Shown in pieces: positions 7,818 through 17,282 of a stretch of DNA of 64,000 nt (positions are counted from its first letter, which is position 1; the number at the start of each line of letters is the position of its first letter). The DNA is from an uncultured Saprospiraceae bacterium (GTDB lineage Bacteria; Bacteroidota; Bacteroidia; Chitinophagales; Saprospiraceae): NCBI GenBank assembly GCA_964530825.1, contig CAZHCA010000008.1, positions 27,229 through 91,228 of the forward strand, given 5' to 3'. The notes beneath the pieces were generated by a model that was not told the DNA's origin, did no database searches, and saw only the letters and a list, made by a program, of their open reading frames with translations. Made by a program: the position numbers and the translations under genes.

Positions 7818-8786
7818 ATGGAGCAACAAATTGTAAATACCGCCCTCGAAAAGCTGCACCGTATCCCCGGAATTCGGTCGCACTGGGAACAGAAAGGTGT
7901 TTTAGATGGGCTATTACATTTAACAATAGCTGGTAGGCAATATTTTTTTACGGTAAAAGTACAAACGGAGCCAAGAGCATACCAATTACCCCTAATAGGA
8001 AATTATCATCAGCGCTACGAAAACTTTCTACTGATAGCCGGGCATTTATTTCCAAAAATAAAGGAGCAACTCCAGCAAAGTGGAATTGCCTACCTGGAAG
8101 CCAATGGAAACATCTTTTTACGTAAGAACGGATTGTTCCTACTGGTAGACACCCATAGCCCCCTCAAGCCTAACAAGAACAACAGCAACCGGGCATTTAC
8201 TAAAACGGGCCTGAAAGTCGTATTTTATTTGTTGCAACACCAGGATGCTATCAATCTTACCCAACGCGAGCTGGCAAGAAAAACCCATGTAGGATTAGGC
8301 ACTATTCCCCAAGTCATCGAAGGCCTAAAAAAAACCGGATATCTGATTCTGCTGAACAATAAAACCTATGAATGGGAAAACAGAACGTCACTACTAGAAA
8401 GGTGGATAGCCGAATATGCCACTACCCTGAAGCCTAAGCTCCAAAAAGAACGCTATACGTTCAAGGATGATTGGCGGAATATCCCATTCGATACGGCAAA
8501 AACAGTTTGGGGAGGCGAGCCTGCTGCCGATCTACTCACCAACCATCTACGACCCGAAAAGTTCTTGATCTATACCCAGGAAAGCCGTGTGGAATTGATC
8601 AAAAACTACCGGCTTATGCCGGATAAAAATGGAGAAATTGAAGTCCTCGATATGTTTTGGCCTAAGAATGAGTATGTAACAGCTCCCCCATTATTGGTGT
8701 ATGCTGATTTGAGGTTAGCGGGAGGTAAACGGAATGAAGAAACCGCAGAAAAAATTTACGATGAGTATATCCAGCCAAACCTATAA
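7818..8786 (+). CDS. wHTH-containing protein, AbiEi-like antitoxin/regulator (tentative)
   Basis: Central HTH LTQRELARKTHVGLGTIPQVIEGLKKTGYL. C-terminal region (WGGEPAADLL...VYADLRLAGGKRNEETAEKIY) is reminiscent of AbiEi C-domains. AT-rich relative to core genes. Confidence 0.45.
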   Translation: MEQQIVNTALEKLHRIPGIRSHWEQKGVLDGLLHLTIAGRQYFFTVKVQTEPRAYQLPLIGNYHQRYENFLLIAGHLFPKIKEQLQQSGIAYLEANGNIFLRKNGLFLLVDTHSPLKPNKNNSNRAFTKTGLKVVFYLLQHQDAINLTQRELARKTHVGLGTIPQVIEGLKKTGYLILLNNKTYEWENRTSLLERWIAEYATTLKPKLQKERYTFKDDWRNIPFDTAKTVWGGEPAADLLTNHLRPEKFLIYTQESRVELIKNYRLMPDKNGEIEVLDMFWPKNEYVTAPPLLVYADLRLAGGKRNEETAEKIYDEYIQPNL

Positions 8787-8847
8787 AGAACTATACCCCT
8801 CACGAAGTGGTTTGGGCTTTGCCCAGCCACTTCCAGCGAGTATAAGT

Positions 8848-8908
8848 ATGAAGCCAGCGGTTAGAGGTCAGAAGTAACTGACCTGTCTTCTCTGGCTTCA
8901 TTTTTTTT
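8848..8908 (+). terminator. Intrinsic terminator (compound hairpin + T8)
   Basis: ATGAAGCCAG (8848-8857) pairs with CTGGCTTCAT (8892-8901). Inner stem AGGTCAG/CTGACCT. Followed by TTTTTTTT. Confidence 0.6.
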
Positions 8909-8974
8909 GGCGAAAGCCGTATACCAATTCCAGGTGAAATTTATCGGGGTTTACGTCAAACTTTTGACCTCCCA

Positions 8975-10132
8975 TCATTCCTCAATCACGACAAAAGACC
9001 TAAAGTTATCCCGGGTGATTACCTCACCGATTGCCTGGTATTTATCCAGGAATGTCTTAGGCAGCTTCGGTTTCTTTTTTGGGTCCCATTTAAATTCGAA
9101 ACCATACAATTGTTGGCTTTTTTCCTCCACGTAATCCACTTCCTGCTGTTGGGTCGTACGCCAAAAGTACGGTTTGGCTAGCGTGAATTTGTAGCTGTTC
9201 TGTTTCATGCGCTCCGCTACCAGGAAGTTTTCCCAGAGGGCACCTTTATCCAGCCTGGCATCCATGCTTTTGAAATCACCGATGATGGTATTTCGGATAC
9301 CGTTATCGTAGAAATAAATTTTCCGGCCCTTTTTAATTTCATTGCGGACATTTCGGCTATAGCTGCGCAATCGAAAAATAACATAACCCTTTTCCAGGAC
9401 GTCAATATAGTTGATGACCGTCTGACGGTCGACACCTACCAATTGACTCAATTCATTGTAATTGACCTCATTTCCCACCTGAAGAGCAAGTGCCTGCACG
9501 AGTTCATCCAGTACCTGGGGTTTTCTGATATCGGCATATGCCAGAATATCGCGATACAAATAGCTGTTGACAAGGTTCTTAAGGATCTCCACCTCTTCTC
9601 CCTGGTTGTTGATCACATCCGGATAGAATCCGTACAGCAGTCTCGTTTCCAGTTGTTGTTGTGCCTTGAGGTAGCCTGTATGGTTTTCGTATTCTTCCCA
9701 GCTTATCGGATACAGTTCATATTCCCACTTTCTGCCGGTCAGTGGCTCATTCAATTCGTCAAAAAGCGTGAAAGAAGAAGAACCGCTTACCCACAACTGA
9801 ACATCCCTTAGTTGATCGACAATGATTTTCAAAGTCAGCCCAATTCCGGGAATACGCTGGCCTTCGTCAATGAAAACCACCTTCTTCTTACCGATTAATC
9901 GCTTAATCTCTTCTGTATTAGGGGTGTTAAGCTCATTCCTGACCAATGGATCATCACCATCGAAAAACTGATAATCTACTCCATTGAGTAGTTCCTTAAT
10001 CAGGGTGGTCTTACCCACTTGCCTCGGTCCTACAATAATAATGGCCTTTCCCCGGCCAATTTTGGCGGTTATCCTCGATGTAATGGTTCTGTCGATCACA
10101 TCATAAATGTGATGAAAAAGGGTTGTAATCAC
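8975..10132 (-). CDS. AAA+ ATPase with C-terminal DUF4143 (COG1373 family)
   Basis: Walker A GPRQVGKTTL, Walker B VVFIDEGQ, and the typical C-terminal YFYDNGIRN...WENFL region. Confidence 0.85.
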   Translation of the reverse strand: MITTLFHHIYDVIDRTITSRITAKIGRGKAIIIVGPRQVGKTTLIKELLNGVDYQFFDGDDPLVRNELNTPNTEEIKRLIGKKKVVFIDEGQRIPGIGLTLKIIVDQLRDVQLWVSGSSSFTLFDELNEPLTGRKWEYELYPISWEEYENHTGYLKAQQQLETRLLYGFYPDVINNQGEEVEILKNLVNSYLYRDILAYADIRKPQVLDELVQALALQVGNEVNYNELSQLVGVDRQTVINYIDVLEKGYVIFRLRSYSRNVRNEIKKGRKIYFYDNGIRNTIIGDFKSMDARLDKGALWENFLVAERMKQNSYKFTLAKPYFWRTTQQQEVDYVEEKSQQLYGFEFKWDPKKKPKLPKTFLDKYQAIGEVITRDNFRSFVVIEE

Positions 10133-10345
10133 AAATTATTATACTATTTTAAGATTATGATCTTTTCTTATTAGTAGATAACGACGTAAACGACCACAAC
10201 CTTCTGATGGTACAGAATAGCAACACTTCCCTCTGAGTATTTTCTTCCCAAGAATCTACGACCTTCAGTTTTTGTTACCATAGTATAAAGACACCTCAAC
10301 AATCGTCGCTTTATGTCCGCTGAAGATCGTCTGGTTCTTAATTAA

Positions 10346-10567
10346 ATGGCAATACTCCGCCATTTGCTTAGCGAAGAGGCCTTCGAGGACCTGCTGGGAA
10401 AAATGAAAACACTCGGAGAAACGTGCTTGCAAATTTTGTTGGATTCCGAGTACTGGGGATATTCCTCCGACGAGATTGCCCAGCGTATCGGTTACCGCAA
10501 CGTCCTGGAACAACACGCCCAGGAACTGCTGCGCCGCCAATCGCAACAACGACAACCCGACGAATAG
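10346..10567 (+). pseudogene. Possible sigma-70 region-4-like HTH fragment (gene remnant)
   Basis: LGETCLQILLDSEYWGYSSDEIAQRIGYRN resembles the ECF sigma region 4 (LPxxCRxIFxLSxxEGLSxxEIAxxLG). No region 2, and a stop lies immediately upstream of the ATG. Confidence 0.3.
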
Positions 10568-10721
10568 TAACAACAACATAGGGTTTCGGCTTTCCCTCTC
10601 TGTGGAGTAGGAACAAATGTTAAAAGTTAGCTTTAATATAGATTACGAAGTTCAAATGAGGTATAATCGATGTGTTCCACTCCACAGAGTAAACAGTTTA
10701 ACCTGTGAAATAACATAGCCT

Positions 10722-10985
10722 ATGGATGAAGGTTTTTATTTCGTATACGTGTTGTATAGTGAGAAAGATGGTCGTTTTTATACAGGGTATACCTCTGACC
10801 TTAGTCAACGAATAGAGGCGCATCAGGCAGGAAAGGTCACATCAACTAAGTACAGGCTCCCTCTGGTACTGGTCTATTATGAAGCCTGTTTGCACCAACA
10901 GGATGCTACTCACAGAGAACAGTATCTGAAAACGACCTATGGAAAACGCTACTTGAGGAATCGACTTAAAAGATACTTGGAATGA
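10722..10985 (+). CDS. GIY-YIG nuclease family protein (small stand-alone type)
   Basis: FYFVYVLYSEKDGRFYTGYTSDLSQRIEAHQAGK... Confidence 0.85.
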   Translation: MDEGFYFVYVLYSEKDGRFYTGYTSDLSQRIEAHQAGKVTSTKYRLPLVLVYYEACLHQQDATHREQYLKTTYGKRYLRNRLKRYLE

Positions 10986-11168
10986 ATATTTCACAGGTCT
11001 CACTGGAAAGCCGGATGGCTACTATTGAACAGATGTCTGTACTGTCCCGTATGGGCAAAAAGCAGCCACAACCTGCCCGAATCAGTGGGGCTAGTAATCC
11101 CAGGTCGGTGAACGTCCTGCTGATTCAACCCCTGCGTTGGAGGGATGCTTTCGGAAAAAGAGTGTCCT

Positions 11169-12080
11169 CTACACCCACACCAACTTCCCCCCACTCAGCT
11201 CTTCCTCCCCATCAAAGCGATACGCCGTGAGGACGCCGCCTTTGGCGACGCTGTAGTCGAGACAACAGGCATTGGCTGTGAGCAGCTGGGGACGGCCCTG
11301 CAGCCAGTAATAACCAAAGAAGGCCGACCGCTCGGTGGGCCTATAATGACTGGCGTCTGCCCCGGCGAAAGAGAGATGATCAAGCCCCAGATCGGGCACC
11401 ACACTCATCGCCTGGAACGACTGCTCGGACGGATTCACCCACCACTTGGTGCGGATCTCCCGGCGCTCGTGACCATCTTTGTCGTGGAAGCTGTAGCCCT
11501 CGGGTAGGGGGACTTCTTTCCCCTTACAGGCCACCTCCACCGATTTGTACAGTCGGCTGCCTTTTTCCGCTGCTGCCGGCAGCAGCTCGGCGGGGATGGT
11601 GGCATTGGGCAGTACTTCCCGCAGATGGTTGATGACCTCCACGTCCCAGCAGGCGTGTACCGCCCGCAGATGGGGCGTCTCCAGGTAGAGGGGCAACGTC
11701 TTGAACCATTCGATGGCCGAGGCATAGTCGCCCTGACGGCTACCGTACTGCTCCAGGGTAGCCGCGTGCTGATGGATGTTCTTCCTGGTGTGCGGACGCA
11801 GATACCCGCCTCCTTCCCAGGGTGTATTAAAACAGATGGCATTGAATTCGTGGTTGCCGCACAAAGCTACCGCACTCCCGGCATCGACCATGGCCCGCAC
11901 CAGCTCCACCACCCGCAGACTATCCGGACCCCGATCAATATAATCACCCACAAAGACTACCTGCCGCTCCGGATGCCGGTAGGCACCGGCTCGCCGTGCG
12001 TAGCCCAGCTTGCGCAGCAGGGCTTCCAGGCGGCCGGCGTGGCCGTGGATGTCGCCGATGAGGTCGAGGAGGGGTGTCAT
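11169..12080 (-). CDS. Metallophosphoesterase (PrpE/ApaH-like Ser/Thr phosphatase or diadenosine tetraphosphatase family)
   Basis: Motifs GDIHGH, GDYIDRGPDS, GNHE. Confidence 0.8.
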   Translation of the reverse strand: MTPLLDLIGDIHGHAGRLEALLRKLGYARRAGAYRHPERQVVFVGDYIDRGPDSLRVVELVRAMVDAGSAVALCGNHEFNAICFNTPWEGGGYLRPHTRKNIHQHAATLEQYGSRQGDYASAIEWFKTLPLYLETPHLRAVHACWDVEVINHLREVLPNATIPAELLPAAAEKGSRLYKSVEVACKGKEVPLPEGYSFHDKDGHERREIRTKWWVNPSEQSFQAMSVVPDLGLDHLSFAGADASHYRPTERSAFFGYYWLQGRPQLLTANACCLDYSVAKGGVLTAYRFDGEEELSGGKLVWV

Positions 12081-12112
12081 AGCTTCCAGGTTGTTCTAGG
12101 GGGTGATCGCAG

Positions 12113-13999
12113 TTAGTCTTCAACTTCTTCTACAAAGTGGTGTAACCCCCAGATAGACTCACATATAGTCTGATATAGTTGTTGACGATTAACGACATCC
12201 TGCTTTTTAAAGTTCTTATGCGGCTCAAAGGGTAATCCCAGCCTTTCTTTCATCTTGATAAAGTTGGGATTATTCCGATAGGTTAGTTCACAGAGCGTTT
12301 GAGCCAACAAGTTTTCCTTGATGTAGTGTTCCAGCTTTTCATCATAAGGCTTGGCACTAAACGATTGATTTGTTCCTCTCGGAAGCAAGATCAAAGCACC
12401 TAAACGGTTTCGATATTCTTGAAAGTCGGTTTCTTGCTCGAATTCATCCCTGTGCTCCAAGAATTTATCGGCCCAGATATGCTCCACCTCAAAGGGCTTG
12501 CCACCGGGGTTAGAGAAGTATTTCTCAAAACTGGAATTCAATCCCGTTTCACGCTCAACATAACCCGTCATACGGGCCAGCAAGAATTTTACAAACCGCC
12601 TATTTTGCCCATGCAGCCTAAAGCGTTGTATCCCACTCCAGTCTTCCTCCATTTCGGCCAGTTTTTTATAGAGAATATCCTTTAAGGTCCGCAAATCTTT
12701 TCGCCTAATTTCTTTAACCAGGGTATACATGGTGTAGCGAATTGAACTGGAGGCGAACTTGCGGAAGTTGACGGAGCGCCTTACCACAAACGTTTCGATG
12801 AACCGCGCGACCGCATTCATTTTCTGAAAAATGACCTGATCATGGTCTTCTTTTCGGAGAGGAGACACAAGTAGTGGGTAACTTAATGAGTTGGCGATAC
12901 CCCAGCGCTTGATATAATACACATGCTCTAAGCCTCCGATCAGCTCTTTTTCTGCCCTGAGAATGGATAGGTATGCTTTTAGAAAGAACTTGAAGTCCTC
13001 GTCAATAAATCTTTGAAAATCCCCACTTTTTTCGGAATCCAGAGGGATTTTAAGCAGGTTTTCCCGAAACCAATTGTGGAAGCGGGTACCTATTTTCTCG
13101 AAGTCCTCATTCTTAGAGCCAGCTCGTCCAGGACGAATAGTCTCCGCATACTGTGCTCTCAGCCAGGCCTGAATAAAGCGTTGATCCTCATCTTTATCGT
13201 AAGCATGAAGTTTTTGCATGGAGCGTTTCCAAAGTTCATTGGCCTTTTGTCTCTTTTGATCTTCGCCAAATCTGGATAGGATGAATCCTTTCAGCATTTC
13301 GGTAGGAGTCAGGTTTAACCCCCGATCATTCATCGTTTCAAAAATGGTATAGGCATTTTCATCAGAATAAGCCATAATCTCTACCAATATCACATTGTAC
13401 TTCAACCAATCTATAAAGTATGGTAATGTTTCGCTTTTGATTTCTTCTGGAAAAGCGTTTTCGATGTCTACATAACGGGCTGCCATGTTTTTAGTAGACT
13501 CATCATCATATTCGGTTACTTCATAGTCCCCTTCTTTGAATAAAGCTTCCAGACAGGGCGTTCGCTCTTCTACTTGAATATTAAAGGACTTCTTGCCAAA
13601 TTTCTCAGAGAAGATGTAGGACTCTAACTTCTCTTCGTGCCCCAACTTCTTTTGCAAGTTGTTCAAGTAAATGAGTAGAAGTGTAAGTGATGTAAGACGC
13701 TGCTGACCATCAATAATACTCCGCTGACCATTCTTAACACTAACGACAAATGGCCCTAAATAGTAAGAATTATAGTTCTCAATCTCCGGCCTTTCGTGCT
13801 CCTCTTTATACTCATTTAAGAATGAAGAGGTGAGGTCTGAGACCAACTGCTCAATATGTCGTTCTTCCCATTTATACTCACGCTGAAAGAAATCGACCGT
13901 ATATTTTTTATCATCCAAAACCTCAGCAATAGATCGGTCGTGGGCCTCAATTTTGTTGGTTAGTTTGCTCATACAATGACTTAGCTGAATTTTTTCCAT
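12113..13999 (-). CDS. DUF262 (ParB-like NTPase) + DUF1524 (His-Me finger) protein, GmrSD/BrxU-like type IV restriction nuclease
   Basis: FFQREYKWEERHIEQLVSDL and IIDGQQRLTSLTLLL (the DGQQR motif). C-terminal FEVEHIWADKF. Start set at the ATG at 13999; the ORF is open to 14122 but would overlap the upstream gene. About 40% GC. Confidence 0.8.
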   Translation of the reverse strand: MEKIQLSHCMSKLTNKIEAHDRSIAEVLDDKKYTVDFFQREYKWEERHIEQLVSDLTSSFLNEYKEEHERPEIENYNSYYLGPFVVSVKNGQRSIIDGQQRLTSLTLLLIYLNNLQKKLGHEEKLESYIFSEKFGKKSFNIQVEERTPCLEALFKEGDYEVTEYDDESTKNMAARYVDIENAFPEEIKSETLPYFIDWLKYNVILVEIMAYSDENAYTIFETMNDRGLNLTPTEMLKGFILSRFGEDQKRQKANELWKRSMQKLHAYDKDEDQRFIQAWLRAQYAETIRPGRAGSKNEDFEKIGTRFHNWFRENLLKIPLDSEKSGDFQRFIDEDFKFFLKAYLSILRAEKELIGGLEHVYYIKRWGIANSLSYPLLVSPLRKEDHDQVIFQKMNAVARFIETFVVRRSVNFRKFASSSIRYTMYTLVKEIRRKDLRTLKDILYKKLAEMEEDWSGIQRFRLHGQNRRFVKFLLARMTGYVERETGLNSSFEKYFSNPGGKPFEVEHIWADKFLEHRDEFEQETDFQEYRNRLGALILLPRGTNQSFSAKPYDEKLEHYIKENLLAQTLCELTYRNNPNFIKMKERLGLPFEPHKNFKKQDVVNRQQLYQTICESIWGLHHFVEEVED

Positions 14000-14081
14000 T
14001 AAAAACGGTTCTATACCGGCAATGAGGAGGTTTGGAGGCCCATACCACTTCGTGAGCGGTATAATAACCTGAGATTCCTCC

Positions 14082-16775
14082 TCACCACCCCTTCCCCAAC
14101 AACTCCCGTACATCGACCTCATTCAATACCTCCTGGTACGATTCAAAATCGGTAGCATCAATGCGGTCGTAGCGAATCTCAAAGGCACTGCGGGTCTCAA
14201 CCTGCCGAATGCGCTCCTGTGCTTTCTCTTTCTCTCCCAGGGCGACGTCCACCCAGACGTCTTGCAAGATGTCCGGTATTTGCCCGAAGATGCTGAAGAT
14301 ATTTTCCAACCGATCACTCAGCAATTCATGGACCCGGTCTTCTACCGTACCCCGGTAGCGCATGTTGTAGACCTTGACAGTATCTAACCGCTGCCCGATG
14401 CGTTGAATGCGGCCTTTGCGCTGCTCCAGGCGGGTCGGATTCCACGGTAAGTCTAAATTGATGAGGGTGCCGAGGCGCTGTAGGTTGAGGCCCTCACTGG
14501 CACTGTCGGTGCCAAAGAGGATACGGATGTCATCGGATTGTACCGCTCGCTTGATCGTTTCTTTTTCTACCCGCTGATACCGGCCCTTTAGCCAAACACC
14601 TGATTTACCGGAGCCCGCGTATACCCCAATCTTCTTATCGGGATGTGCCCGGGCTACCCGCTCGGCAAAGTAGTGGACTGTATCGTAATATTGGCTGAAG
14701 ATGATGCACCCCAGATCAGCCCAGCCGCTCTGAAAAAGAAGTTCGTTGAGTCGTTCCAGCTTGGGATCGGCATCGGTGTATTCGTCCAATTGCCGGATCA
14801 GGCGTTGCAGGATCTCTTCCTGCTCCGGACCGATCCGGGCGGCAATACCGGTAGGGGCTTCTTCTACCACATCGTCTTCTTCCTCTTCCTCCATCCATTC
14901 TGGATCGTGGCCCAGCATTTTGATCGCCGTTTTGCGGCCGGCTTCCATACTACTGCCAATGCGGCGCAACAGCAGGGTTTTGATAAATCCAGCCCCCTTC
15001 ATGACTTCTCCCAGAGACGTACTAAACTCTTCCGCCGTGTGGTAGGCATCTTCCAGATACCCCTTCAAAGGAATGGCATCTTTGGGCGCTTCGCCGTACA
15101 GAACTACTTCGACCTTTTTCAGGAAAGGCTCTCCGGTTTCTTCATTGATGGTTTCTTCCAGAAATTTGCGGGTGCGGCGGACAATATGACGCACATAAGG
15201 ATTGTACTTCTCGAACAGCCCATCTTCCCGCTCAATCGACCGTTTATAGCCGGGATTGAGCCGATCGACTGTTTCGGGCTTCAGTACAAAATCGCGTGGA
15301 GTCATCTCCAGGGCCCGCCGAATGCGTCCAAATAAGCGGTCGTTTTCATAAGCCGGTGGAAACGGGTGGCGCAGCCATTCCCACAGGCGGTGTTTGTCTT
15401 GAAAGGTGCGTGCGGTGCCATCGACCAGCTTGAAGCTTGTTTCTTTGGATTGGGTACGCCACCAGGAAAAGTCATTCCCCAGTACATGGGGAGCTCCTGC
15501 ACCTAAGACACACAGCAGGTCGTAGGCCTCGATCGGATATAATTGTACCGGTGTAGCCGTTCCCAACATCATGCTTTTGGTGCGGGGAGATAGCTGCAGC
15601 AGAAAGGCCATCATATTATTGGGCTCAGCGGGCTCCTCCTGTCCGTTTTCCTTCAGGTTCCTTCGTCTTGATCGGTGAGCCTCATCCACGATGACACATT
15701 CGTATTCTTTTTCCAGTAAACGCTGCACGACGTCCGAACCCCGAATTACTAATCCCTGACTAATGATACCAAAGCGGCGTGGACATTTGAGAATAGCTTT
15801 CTTTGGATTGTTATTTTCGTGTACGTGGCCGGTTTCATCGATCCAGGTGTTCTTATCCCAAACTGCCGAAGGTAGTCCCAGTAGCTTCAGGAGTTCATCT
15901 TGCCACTGATAGACTAGCGTTTTAGGCGCAATGACCAGGACCGGCTTATCGCTTTGCAAGGCCATGAGCATAGCCGCCATAGCTAATTGGACCGTTTTGC
16001 CCAGGCCCACCTGATCGGCTAAGACAAAGCGGGCCCCTCTCCCACAGCGATGTTCTTCATAGGCTAGCTTGACAAAAAATTTCTGGTGACCCCACAAACC
16101 AAAATGCTCCCGGTAAATGGGATTTTCTACTACCGCCGCTTCGGGTTCCGGCTTTTCCCGCCATTTATCCAGGGGGACTACTTTGCGCCCACTCAAACGC
16201 TTGATATCCGTGATAATCGCCTCAGAGAGCGAACAGGCACGGGCGTCATTCCACAGCGTATCAAACTCTTCCTGCACCCAGGTGACCGCTTCTGGCGAAG
16301 GGTCTTCCCAGATCAGCTCGTAGTTCAACTGCCAGCCCGATTTGCTCTCGTTGGCACTGCCTAAAAAAGCCGTTTGACTGCCATCTTCGAATGTTAACAC
16401 CCCGGCCTTGCCGTGGACCAGCCCAAAGGCTTGATCGGGCAGCACGCGGATTTCCAGCTTTTCAGAAACGAGTAATTGATATAAACGAGATAGGCGCTCC
16501 TGCAGACCGTCGTTATAGCGTTGGTCGATTTCTTTTTTCCACTCCTGCGTCAATGCCAGGTGGGCAGCCTTGGCTGTTTGCACATCGAGCGGATCGAGGG
16601 ACGAATTGGCAACCATGCGTACCTTTCCCGGCATCTGGGCGATAGCCTCTCCCGCAATCTCCAGCATGGAGGAACTGAAGTAACCCGCGATACGGTCGTA
16701 TCGTACAGCCTTTTCCAACCGGTCCCGAAAAAAATGCTTGCCTAATGATTGCCGACGGGAGGAGTAGCGTTGCAT
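14082..16775 (-). CDS. PLD-nuclease-domain / SNF2-family helicase fusion
   Basis: N-terminal single HKD motif (LVHGKAGVLTF...FLGSANESKSGW). Helicase motifs DQVGLGKT, VIVDEAHRSR, MLGTATPVQ and LNLQ...DLPWNPTRLEQRKGRIQRIGQ. Confidence 0.9.
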   Translation of the reverse strand: MQRYSSRRQSLGKHFFRDRLEKAVRYDRIAGYFSSSMLEIAGEAIAQMPGKVRMVANSSLDPLDVQTAKAAHLALTQEWKKEIDQRYNDGLQERLSRLYQLLVSEKLEIRVLPDQAFGLVHGKAGVLTFEDGSQTAFLGSANESKSGWQLNYELIWEDPSPEAVTWVQEEFDTLWNDARACSLSEAIITDIKRLSGRKVVPLDKWREKPEPEAAVVENPIYREHFGLWGHQKFFVKLAYEEHRCGRGARFVLADQVGLGKTVQLAMAAMLMALQSDKPVLVIAPKTLVYQWQDELLKLLGLPSAVWDKNTWIDETGHVHENNNPKKAILKCPRRFGIISQGLVIRGSDVVQRLLEKEYECVIVDEAHRSRRRNLKENGQEEPAEPNNMMAFLLQLSPRTKSMMLGTATPVQLYPIEAYDLLCVLGAGAPHVLGNDFSWWRTQSKETSFKLVDGTARTFQDKHRLWEWLRHPFPPAYENDRLFGRIRRALEMTPRDFVLKPETVDRLNPGYKRSIEREDGLFEKYNPYVRHIVRRTRKFLEETINEETGEPFLKKVEVVLYGEAPKDAIPLKGYLEDAYHTAEEFSTSLGEVMKGAGFIKTLLLRRIGSSMEAGRKTAIKMLGHDPEWMEEEEEDDVVEEAPTGIAARIGPEQEEILQRLIRQLDEYTDADPKLERLNELLFQSGWADLGCIIFSQYYDTVHYFAERVARAHPDKKIGVYAGSGKSGVWLKGRYQRVEKETIKRAVQSDDIRILFGTDSASEGLNLQRLGTLINLDLPWNPTRLEQRKGRIQRIGQRLDTVKVYNMRYRGTVEDRVHELLSDRLENIFSIFGQIPDILQDVWVDVALGEKEKAQERIRQVETRSAFEIRYDRIDATDFESYQEVLNEVDVRELLGKGW

Positions 16776-16787
16776 GGGGATTAGGGT

Positions 16788-17282
16788 TTATTCTTCCACT
16801 CGAGGGCTTTGCTCCAATATTTTATACGGACTGACTACTGGCAGCAATACACTGCGAAATAAGGTCCCCTGAAGGCGTTCTAAGATAATTCCGCGGGAAG
16901 TAGAATACGCAATACCAATCATTGTTGCAGCCAAGTGCTGGTCTATCATGGGATTTTCTTCCTTATCGTACTGTACGAAATCAGAAAAGTTATCCATGTG
17001 AAAATGAAATTCGATCCCGTATTCGGCTTCTAATCCAATCTCTTCCTGTGTATCTTTTTCTAGTGCAACCAACTTAAAAAAAAGTCTGATACGGGTTAAA
17101 CCAGCTTCAAGGTTGTGCGCAATCTCTCGCTCAACCCCCATATTGAAATTAGCCGGGGCATCTACATCCAATACGGGCTTTTCTAACAATTCTGGAGCTG
17201 TTTCCAAACTGCCCTGAAATACATTGATACTGAATAAATGGATCTTATTGGGATCGATAGTCGGCCTCTTGCGCTTACTCAT
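16788..17282 (-). CDS. SecB-like chaperone candidate (third gene of a TAC-type module)
   Basis: 164 aa, SecB-sized. The by-eye strand/helix pattern parallels E. coli SecB: IHLFSINVF~FQIQRIYTK, TRIRLFFKLVA~YEVVLRVTVTA, LEAEYGIEFHF~LCEVQQGGIFSI, LAATMIGIAYSTSRGIILERL...LLPVVSP~[21 protein letters not shown]...NLAPVNF. ATGA overlap with the upstream HTH gene. Confidence 0.45.
   Translation of the reverse strand: MSKRKRPTIDPNKIHLFSINVFQGSLETAPELLEKPVLDVDAPANFNMGVEREIAHNLEAGLTRIRLFFKLVALEKDTQEEIGLEAEYGIEFHFHMDNFSDFVQYDKEENPMIDQHLAATMIGIAYSTSRGIILERLQGTLFRSVLLPVVSPYKILEQSPRVEE

Noticed and set aside
10265-10616. Minus-strand ORFs 10265-10579 and 10368-10616
   Set aside because: They overlap the slightly more protein-like plus-strand HTH fragment and have no motifs. 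The region is probably non-coding debris.
11169-12080. Metallophosphoesterase as a ninth gene of the defence operon (co-directional, 32-nt gap)
   Set aside because: Its composition resembles core genes, and the family is commonly housekeeping (PrpE/ApaH-like). Linkage may be incidental. I left it as an open possibility rather than a claim.
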